Shown here piece after piece: positions 54,526 to 64,000 of a stretch of 64,000 nucleotides of DNA. The DNA is from the human T2T-CHM13v2.0 reference genome, Homo sapiens. The DNA lies in the NCBI RefSeq assembly GCF_009914755.1, contig NC_060944.1. One strand, written 5' to 3'. Within the stretch, counting starts at the first letter, position 1, and the number at the start of each line of letters is the position of its first letter. Position numbers and translations under genes: made by a program. Under the pieces are notes generated by a model. It had not been told where the DNA came from. It did not search any database and worked only from the letters and a program-made list of their open reading frames with translations.

Positions 54526-57242
54526 CATTCTCAGAAACTTATCTGTGATGTATGTACTCAACTAACAGAACTAAACCATCGTTTTGAAGGAGCAGTTTTG
54601 AAACACTCTTTTTGCGGAATCTGCAAGTGGATATTTGGCTAGCTGGGAGGATTTCGTTGGAAACGGGATTACATACAAAAAGCAGACAGCAGCATTCTCA
54701 GAAACTTCTTTGTGATGTTTGCATTCAAGTCACAGAGTTGAAAATTCCCTTTCATAGAGCAGGTTTGAAACACTCTTTTTGTAGTATCTGGATGTGGACA
54801 TTTGGATCGCTTTCAGGCCTATGGTGAAAAAGGAAATATCTTCCCATGAAAACTAGACAGAAGCATTCTCAGAAACTTATTTGTGATGTGTGCCCTCAAC
54901 TGACAGTGTTGAACCTTTGTTTTGATAGAGCAGTTCTGAAACACACTTTTTGTAAAATCTGCAAGAGGATATTTGGATAGCTTTGAGGATTTCGTTGGAA
55001 ACGGGAATGTCTTCATGTAAACTCTAGACAGAAGCATTCTCAGAAACTGCTTTGGGATGTTTCAATTGAAGTCCCAGTGTTGAACATTCCCATTCATAGA
55101 GCAGGTTTGAAACACTCTTTTTGTACTATCTGGAAGTGGACATTTGGAGCGCTTTCAGGTCTACGGTGAAAAAGGAGATATCTTCCAATAAAAACTAGAT
55201 AGAAGCAATGTCAGAACTCTTTTCATGATGTATCTACTCAGCAAACAGAGTTGAACCTTTCTTTTGAGAGAGCAGTTTTGAAACACTCTTTTTGTGGAAT
55301 ATGCAAGTGGGTATTAGGCCAGCTTGGAGGATTTCGTTGGAAACGGGAATACGTATAAAAAGCAGACAGCAGCATTGTCAGAAACTACTTTGTGATGTTT
55401 GCATTCAAGTCACAGAATTGAACACTCCCTTTCACAGAGCAGGTTTGAAACACTCTTTTTGTAGTGTCTGTAAGTGAACATTTGGATTGCTTTCAGGCCT
55501 AAGGTGAAAAAGGAAATATCTTCCCATAAAAACTAGACAGAAGCATTCTCAGAAACTTGTTTGTGATGTGTGCCCTCTACTGACAGAGTTGAACCTTTCT
55601 TTGCAAAGAGCAGTTTTGAAACACTCTTTTTGTAGAATCTGCAAGAGGATATTTGGATAGCTTTGAGGATTTCTTGGGAAACGGGAATGTCTTCAGATAA
55701 ACTCTAGACAGAAGCATTCTCAGAAACTTCTTTGGGATGTTTCAATTGAAGTCACAGTGTTGAACATTCCCTTTCACAGAGCAGGTTTGAAACACTCTTT
55801 TTGTAGTGTCTATAAGTGAACATTTGGCGTGCTTTCAGGCCTAACGTGAAAAAGGAAATATCTTCCCATAAAAACTAGACAGAAGCATTCTCAGAAACTT
55901 GTTCTTGATGTGTGCCCTCTACTGACAGAGTTGAACCTTTCTTTGCAAAGAGCAGCTTTGAAACACTCTTTTTGTAGAATCTGCAAGAGGATATTTGGAT
56001 AGCTTGGAGGATTTCGTTGGAAACGGGTATGTCTTCAGATAAACTCTAGACAGAAGCATTCTCAGAAACTTCTTTGGGATGTTGCATTCAAGTCACAGAG
56101 TAGAACATTCCCATTCATAGAGCAGATTTGAAACACTCTTTTTGTAGTATCTGGAAGTGGACATTTGGAGCGCTTTCAGGCCTATGTTGAAAAAGGAAAT
56201 ATCTTCCCATAAAAACTAGACGGAAGCATTCTCAGAAACTTATTTGTGATGTGTTTGCTCAACTAACAGGATTGAACCATCGTTTTGAAGGAGCAGTTTT
56301 GAAACACTGTTTTCGTGGAATCTGCAAGTGGATATTTGGCTAGCTTTGAGGATTTCGTTGGAAACGGGATTACATATAAAAAGGAGACAGCAGCATTCTC
56401 AGAAACTTCTTTGTGATGTCTGCATTCAATTCACAGAGTTGAGCATTCCCTTTCATAGAGCAGGTTGGAAACACTCTTTGTAGTATCTGGATGAGGACAT
56501 TTGGAGCGCTTTCAGGCGTATGGTGAAAAAGGAAATATCTTCCCGTAAAAACTAGACAGAAGCATTCTCAGAAGTTTATTTGTGATGTGTGCCCTCAACT
56601 AACAGAGTTGAACCTTTCTTTTGATAGAGCAGTTTTGAAACACTCTTTTTGTAAAATCTGCAAGAGGATATTTGGATAGCTTTGAGGATTTCGTTGCAAA
56701 CGGGAATGGCTTCATATAAACTCTAGACAGAAGCATTCTCAGAAACTTCGTTGGGATGTTTTGATTGAAGTCCCAGTGTTGAACATTCCCTTTTATAGAG
56801 CAGGTTGGAAACACTCTTTCTGCATTCCCTGGAAGTGGACATTTGGAGCGCTTTCAGGACGACGGTGAAAATGGAAATATCTTCCAAGAAAATCTAGATA
56901 GAAGCAATGTCAGAAACTTTTATGTGATGGATCTACTCAGCTAACAGAGTTGAACCTTTCTTTTGAGAGAGCAGTTTTGCAACACTCTTTTTGTGGAATA
57001 TGCAAGTGGATATTAGGGCAGCTTTGAGGATTTCGTTGGAAACGGGAATACATGTAAAAAGCAGACAGCAGCATTCTCAGAAACTTCTTTGTGATGTTTG
57101 CATTGAAGTCACAGAGTTGAACATTCCCTTTGAGAGAGCAGGTTTGAAACACGCCTTTTGTCATATCTGGAAGTGTCCATTCGGAGCGCATTCAGGCTTG
57201 TGTTGAAAAAGGAAATATCCTCCCATAAAAACTAGACAGAAG
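54526..57242 (+). repeat. HOR copy 21, 2717-bp length variant (same 2-bp deletion)
   Basis: CACTCTTTGTAG at about 56477-56479. ORF spacing 54612 to 57329 is 2717. Confidence 0.95.
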
Positions 57243-60200
57243 CATTCTCAGAAACTTATCTGTGATGTATGTACTCAACTAACAGAACTAAACCATCGTT
57301 TTGAAGGAGCAGTTTTGAAACACTCTTTTTGCGGAATCTGCAAGTGGATATTTGGCTAGCTGGGAGGATTTCGTTGGAAACGGGATTACATACAAAAAGC
57401 AGACAGCAGCATTCTCAGAAACTTCTTTGTGATGTTTGCATTCAAGTCACAGAGTTGAACATTCCCTTTCATAGAGCAGGTTTGAAACACTCTTTTTGTA
57501 GTATCTGGATGTGGACATTTGGATCGCTTTCAGGCCTATGGTGAAAAAGGAAATATCTTCCCATGAAAACTAGACAGAAGCATTCTCAGAAACTTATTTG
57601 TGATGTGTGCCCTCAACTGACAGTGTTGAACCTTTGTTTTGATAGAGCAGTTCTGAAACACACTTTTTGTAAAATCTGCAAGAGGATATTTGGATAGCTT
57701 TGAGGATTTCGTTGGAAACGGGAATGTCTTCATGTAAACTCTAGACAGAAGCATTCTCAGAAACTGCTTTGGGATGTTTCAATTGAAGTCCCAGTGTTGA
57801 ACATTCCCATTCATAGAGCAGGTTTGAAACACTCTTTTTGTACTATCTGGAAGTGGACATTTGGAGCGCTTTCAGGTCTACGGTGAAAAAGGAGATATCT
57901 TCCAATAAAAACTAGATAGAAGCAATGTCAGAACTCTTTTCATGATGTATCTACTCAGCAAACAGAGTTGAACCTTTCTTTTGAGAGAGCAGTTTTGAAA
58001 CACTCTTTTTGTGGAATATGCAAGTGGGTATTAGGCCAGCTTGGAGGATTTCGTTGGAAACGGGAATACGTATAAAAAGCAGACAGCAGCATTGTCAGAA
58101 ACTACTTTGTGATGTTTGCATTCAAGTCACAGAATTGAACACTCCCTTTCACAGAGCAGGTTTGAAACACTCTTTTTGTAGTGTCTGTAAGTGAACATTT
58201 GGATTGCTTTCAGGCCTAAGGTGAAAAAGGAAATATCTTCCCATAAAAACTAGACAGAAGCATTCTCAGAAACTTGTTTGTGATGTGTGCCCTCTACTGA
58301 CAGAGTTGAACCTTTCTTTGCAAAGAGCAGTTTTGAAACACTCTTTTTGTAGAATCTGCAAGAGGATATTTGGATAGCTTTGAGGATTTCTTGGGAAACG
58401 GGAATGTCTTCAGATAAACTCTAGACAGAAGCATTCTCAGAAACTTCTTTGGGATGTTTCAATTGAAGTCACAGTGTTGAACATTCCCTTTCACAGAGCA
58501 GGTTTGAAACACTCTTTTTGTAGTGTCTATAAGTGAACATTTGGCGTGCTTTCAGGCCTAACGTGAAAAAGGAAATATCTTCCCATAAAAACTAGACAGA
58601 AGCATTCTCAGAAACTTGTTCTTGATGTGTGCCCTCTACTGACAGAGTTGAACCTTTCTTTGCAAAGAGCAGCTTTGAAACACTCTTTTTGTAGAATCTG
58701 CAAGAGGATATTTGGATAGCTTGGAGGATTTCGTTGGAAACGGGTATGTCTTCATATAAACTCTAGACAGAAGCATTCTCAGAAACTTCTTTGGGATGTT
58801 GCATTCAAGTCACAGAGTAGAACATTCCCATTCATAGAGCAGATTTGAAACACTCTTTTTGTAGTATCTGGAAGTGGACATTTGGAGCGCTTTCAGGCCT
58901 ATGTTGAAAAAGGAAATATCTTCCCATAAAAACTAGACGGAAGCATTCTCAGAAACTTATTTGTGATGTGTTTGCTCAACTAACAGGATTGAACCATCGT
59001 TTTGAAGGAGCAGTTTTGAAACACTGTTTTCGTGGAATCTGCAAGTGGATATTTGGCTAGCTTTGAGGATTTCGTTGGAAACGGGATTACATATAAAAAG
59101 GAGACAGCAGCATTCTCAGAAACTTCTTTGTGATGTCTGCATTCAATTCACAGAGTTGAGCATTCCCTTTCATAGAGCAGGTTGGAAACACTCTTTTTGT
59201 AGTATCTGGATGAGGACATTTGGAGCGCTTTCAGGCGTATGGTGAAAAAGGAAATATCTTCCCGTAAAAACTAGACAGAAGCATTCTCAGAAGTTTATTT
59301 GTGATGTGTGCCCTCAACTAACAGAGTTGAACCTTTCTTTTGATAGAGCAGTTTTGAAACACTCTTTTTGTAAAATCTGCAAGAGGATATTTGGATAGCT
59401 TTGAGGATTTCGTTGCAAACGGGAATGGCTTCATATAAACTCTAGACAGAAGCATTCTCAGAAATTTCGTTGGGATGTTTCGATTGAAGTCCCAGTGTTG
59501 AACATTCCCTTTTATAGAGCAGGTTGGAAACACTCTTTCTGCATTCCCTGGAAGTGGACATTTGGAGCGCTTTCAGGACGACGGTGAAAATGGAAATATC
59601 TTCCAAGAAAATCTAGATAGAAGCAACGTCAGAAACTTTTATGTGATGGATCTACTCAGCTAACAGAGTTGAACCTTTCTTTTGAGAGAGCAGTTTTGCA
59701 ACACTCTTTTTGTGGAATATGCAAGTGGATATTAGGGCAGCTTTGAGGATTTCGTTGGAAACGGGAATACATGTAAAAAGCAGACAGCAGCATTCTCAGA
59801 AACTTCTTTGTGATGTTTGCATTGAAGTCACAGAGTTGAACATTCCCTTTGAGAGAGCAGGTTTGAAACACGCCTTTTGTCATATCTGGAAGTGTCCATT
59901 CGGAGCGCACTCAGGCTTGTGTTGAAAAAGGAAATATCCTCCCATAAAAACTAGACAGAAGCATTCTCAGAAACTTATCTGTGATGTATGTACTCAACTA
60001 ACAGAACTAAACCATCGTTTTGAAGGAGCAGTTTTGAAACACTCTTTTTGCGGAATCTGCAAGTGGATATTTGGCTAGCTGGGAGGATTTCGTTGGAAAC
60101 GGGATTACATACAAAAAGCAGACAGCAGCATTCTCAGAAACTTCTTTGTGATGTTTGCATTCAAGTCACAGAGTTGAACATTCCCTTTCATAGAGCAGGT

Positions 60201-63200
60201 TTGAAACACTCTTTTTGTAGTATCTGGATGTGGACATTTGGATCGCTTTCAGGCCTATGGTGAAAAAGGAAATATCTTCCCATGAAAACTAGACAGAAGC
60301 ATTCTCAGAAACTTATTTGTGATGTGTGCCCTCAACTGACAGTGTTGAACCTTTGTTTTGATAGAGCAGTTCTGAAACACACTTTTTGTAAAATCTGCAA
60401 GAGGATATTTGGATAGCTTTGAGGATTTCGTTGGAAACGGGAATGTCTTCATGTAAACTCTAGACAGAAGCATTCTCAGAAACTGCTTTGGGATGTTTCA
60501 ATTGAAGTCCCAGTGTTGAACATTCCCATTCATAGAGCAGGTTTGAAACACTCTTTTTGTACTATCTGGAAGTGGACATTTGGAGCGCTTTCAGGTCTAC
60601 GGTGAAAAAGGAGATATCTTCCAATAAAAACTAGATAGAAGCAATGTCAGAACTCTTTTCATGATGTATCTACTCAGCAAACAGAGTTGAACCTTTCTTT
60701 TGAGAGAGCAGTTTTGAAACACTCTTTTTGTGGAATATGCAAGTGGGTATTAGGCCAGCTTGGAGGATTTCGTTGGAAACGGGAATACGTATAAAAAGCA
60801 GACAGCAGCATTGTCAGAAACTACTTTGTGATGTTTGCATTCAAGTCACAGAATTGAACACTCCCTTTCACAGAGCAGGTTTGAAACACTCTTTTTGTAG
60901 TGTCTGTAAGTGAACATTTGGATTGCTTTCAGGCCTAAGGTGAAAAAGGAAATATCTTCCCATAAAAACTAGACAGAAGCATTCTCAGAAACTTGTTTGT
61001 GATGTGTGCCCTCTACTGACAGAGTTGAACCTTTCTTTGCAAAGAGCAGTTTTGAAACACTCTTTTTGTAGAATCTGCAAGAGGATATTTGGATAGCTTT
61101 GAGGATTTCTTGGGAAACGGGAATGTCTTCAGATAAACTCTAGACAGAAGCATTCTCAGAAACTTCTTTGGGATGTTTCAATTGAAGTCACAGTGTTGAA
61201 CATTCCCTTTCACAGAGCAGGTTTGAAACACTCTTTTTGTAGTGTCTATAAGTGAACATTTGGCGTGCTTTCAGGCCTAACGTGAAAAAGGAAATATCTT
61301 CCCATAAAAACTAGACAGAAGCATTCTCAGAAACTTGTTCTTGATGTGTGCCCTCTACTGACAGAGTTGAACCTTTCTTTGCAAAGAGCAGCTTTGAAAC
61401 ACTCTTTTTGTAGAATCTGCAAGAGGATATTTGGATAGCTTGGAGGATTTCGTTGGAAACGGGTATGTCTTCAGATAAACTCTAGACAGAAGCATTCTCA
61501 GAAACTTCTTTGGGATGTTGCATTCAAGTCACAGAGTAGAACATTCCCATTCATAGAGCAGATTTGAAACACTCTTTTTGTAGTATCTGGAAGTGGACAT
61601 TTGGAGCGCTTTCAGGCCTATGTTGAAAAAGGAAATATCTTCCCATAAAAACTAGACGGAAGCATTCTCAGAAACTTATTTGTGATGTGTTTGCTCAACT
61701 AACAGGATTGAACCATCGTTTTGAAGGAGCAGTTTTGAAACACTGTTTTCGTGGAATCTGCAAGTGGATATTTGGCTAGCTTTGAGGATTTCGTTGGAAA
61801 CGGGATTACATATAAAAAGGAGACAGCAGCATTCTCAGAAACTTCTTTGTGATGTCTGCATTCAATTCACAGAGTTGAGCATTCCCTTTCATAGAGCAGG
61901 TTGGAAACACTCTTTTTGTAGTATCTGGATGAGGACATTTGGAGCGCTTTCAGGCGTATGGTGAAAAAGGAAATATCTTCCCGTAAAAACTAGACAGAAG
62001 CCTTCTCAGAAGTTTATTTGTGATGTGTGCCCTCAACTAACAGAGTTGAACCTTTCTTTTGATAGAGCAGTTTTGAAACACTCTTTTTGTAAAATCTGCA
62101 AGAGGATATTTGGATAGCTTTGAGGATTTCGTTGCAAACGGGAATGGCTTCATATAAACTCTAGACAGAAGCATTCTCAGAAACTTCGTTGGGATGTTTC
62201 GATTGAAGTCCCAGTGTTGAACATTCCCTTTTATAGAGCAGGTTGGAAACACTCTTTCTGCATTCCCTGGAAGTGGACATTTGGAGCGCTTTCAGGACGA
62301 CGGTGAAAATGGAAATATCTTCCAAGAAAATCTAGATAGAAGCAACGTCAGAAACTTTTATGTGATGGATCTACTCAGCTAACAGAGTTGAACCTTTCTT
62401 TTGAGAGAGCAGTTTTGCAACACTCTTTTTGTGGAATATGCAAGTGGATATTAGGGCAGCTTTGAGGATTTCGTTGGAAACGGGAATACATGTAAAAAGC
62501 AGACAGCAGCATTCTCAGAAACTTCTTTGTGATGTTTGCATTGAAGTCACAGAGTTGAACATTCCCTTTGAGAGAGCAGGTTTGAAACACGCCTTTTGTC
62601 ATATCTGGAAGTGTCCATTCGGAGCGCATTCAGGCTTGTGTTGAAAAAGGAAATATCCTCCCATAAAAACTAGACAGAAGCATTCTCAGAAACTTATCTG
62701 TGATGTATGTACTCAACTAACAGAACTAAACCATCGTTTTGAAGGAGCAGTTTTGAAACACTCTTTTTGCGGAATCTGCAAGTGGATATTTGGCTAGCTG
62801 GGAGGATTTCGTTGGAAACGGGATTACATACAAAAAGCAGACAGCAGCATTCTCAGAAACTTCTTTGTGATGTTTGCATTCAAGTCACAGAGTTGAACAT
62901 TCCCTTTCATAGAGCAGGTTTGAAACACTCTTTTTGTAGTATCTGGATGTGGACATTTGGATCGCTTTCAGGCCTATGGTGAAAAAGGAAATATCTTCCC
63001 ATGAAAACTAGACAGAAGCATTCTCAGAAACTTATTTGTGATGTGTGCCCTCAACTGACAGTGTTGAACCTTTGTTTTGATAGAGCAGTTCTGAAACACA
63101 CTTTTTGTAAAATCTGCAAGAGGATATTTGGATAGCTTTGAGGATTTCGTTGGAAACGGGAATGTCTTCATGTAAACTCTAGACAGAAGCATTCTCAGAA

Positions 63201-64000
63201 ACTGCTTTGGGATGTTTCAATTGAAGTCCCAGTGTTGAACATTCCCATTCATAGAGCAGGTTTGAAACACTCTTTTTGTACTATCTGGAAGTGGACATTT
63301 GGAGCGCTTTCAGGTCTACGGTGAAAAAGGAGATATCTTCCAATAAAAACTAGATAGAAGCAATGTCAGAACTCTTTTCATGATGTATCTACTCAGCAAA
63401 CAGAGTTGAACCTTTCTTTTGAGAGAGCAGTTTTGAAACACTCTTTTTGTGGAATATGCAAGTGGGTATTAGGCCAGCTTGGAGGATTTCGTTGGAAACG
63501 GGAATACGTATAAAAAGCAGACAGCAGCATTGTCAGAAACTACTTTGTGATGTTTGCATTCAAGTCACAGAATTGAACACTCCCTTTCACAGAGCAGGTT
63601 TGAAACACTCTTTTTGTAGTGTCTGTAAGTGAACATTTGGATTGCTTTCAGGCCTAAGGTGAAAAAGGAAATATCTTCCCATAAAAACTAGACAGAAGCA
63701 TTCTCAGAAACTTGTTTGTGATGTGTGCCCTCTACTGACAGAGTTGAACCTTTCTTTGCAAAGAGCAGTTTTGAAACACTCTTTTTGTAGAATCTGCAAG
63801 AGGATATTTGGATAGCTTTGAGGATTTCTTGGGAAACGGGAATGTCTTCAGATAAACTCTAGACAGAAGCATTCTCAGAAACTTCTTTGGGATGTTTCAA
63901 TTGAAGTCACAGTGTTGAACATTCCCTTTCACAGAGCAGGTTTGAAACACTCTTTTTGTAGTGTCTATAAGTGAACATTTGGCGTGCTTTCAGGCCTAAC

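Larger units (their letters stand above)
1..64000 (+). repeat. Alpha-satellite higher-order repeat array, 2719-bp 16-mer HOR, about 23.5 tandem copies in a single orientation
   Basis: About 171-bp monomers begin CATTCTCAGAAACTT and carry the hallmark alphoid motifs GAGCAGTTTTGAAACACTCTTTTTGT and TTTCGTTGGAAACGGGA. Identical ORF translations recur every 2719 bp (234, 2953, 5672 ...), with two 2717-bp steps. Copies differ by only a few SNVs. Confidence 0.99.
1..64000 (+). repeat. D20Z2: Probable identity: SF2 dimeric alpha satellite, human chromosome 20 active array D20Z2 (S2C20H1L 16-mer)
   Basis: Strict A/B alternation indicates a dimeric family rather than the pentameric SF3 16-mer D17Z1. 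Monomers resemble the SF2 D1/D2 consensus as I recall it, and the unit is a ~2.7-kb 16-mer. Not verified by alignment. Confidence 0.75.

Noticed and set aside
27338-57242. A 10-HOR (27-kb) block duplication implied by the shared deletion
   Set aside because: Other markers do not repeat at lag 10. For example, copies 6-9 carry site-A G while copies 17-19 carry C, and copy 11's private SNVs are absent from copy 21.
234-63632. Over 150 short ORFs (61-84 aa) on both strands, recurring every 2719 bp
   Set aside because: They are chance open frames in alpha satellite. Many start at TTG/GTG, they overlap on opposite strands, show no recognisable domain and are freely broken by variants (about 29290, 43372, 56478). 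They recur only because the DNA repeats.
1-64000. CRISPR-like or other repeat/spacer system
   Set aside because: There are no unique spacers: the entire monomer is repeated, and no cas-like genes are present.
1-64000. Transposon insertion, inversion or truncated/structural HOR variants
   Set aside because: The 2719-bp period holds across the window apart from two 2-bp deletions, orientation is constant and no non-alphoid sequence was seen.
1-64000. Assignment to chromosome 17 D17Z1 (also a ~2.7-kb 16-mer)
   Set aside because: D17Z1 is pentameric SF3 with adjacent B monomers, whereas here A and B monomers strictly alternate (dimeric).
1-64000. Claim that this window is the kinetochore site (CENP-A domain or methylation dip)
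   Set aside because: High homogeneity and dense CENP-B boxes fit an active array, but kinetochore position is epigenetic and cannot be read from sequence.

Overview
The whole 64 kb window is one uninterrupted, head-to-tail primate (very likely human) centromeric alpha-satellite higher-order repeat (HOR) array. It holds about 23.5 near-identical copies of a 2719-bp unit made of 16 monomers of 167-171 bp, with CENP-B-box (B-type) and pJalpha-box (A-type) monomers strictly alternating. A dimeric 16-mer with these monomer sequences best fits suprachromosomal family 2 and the active chromosome 20 array D20Z2 (S2C20H1L); this is recognised from memory, not database-verified. I see no real genes, RNA genes, mobile elements, inversions or structural HOR variants, and all listed ORFs are repeat artefacts. 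I did not find a new biological system. The points of interest are the internal 6+4+6 architecture of the HOR, fixed and copy-specific CENP-B box knockouts, and the pattern of shared variants between copies, which records local duplications and probable gene conversion. Copy numbering: copy 1 starts at 148 (CATTCTCAGAAA phase), with +2719 per copy and -2 shifts after about 29290 and 56478. Variants were read by eye, so some may have been missed.
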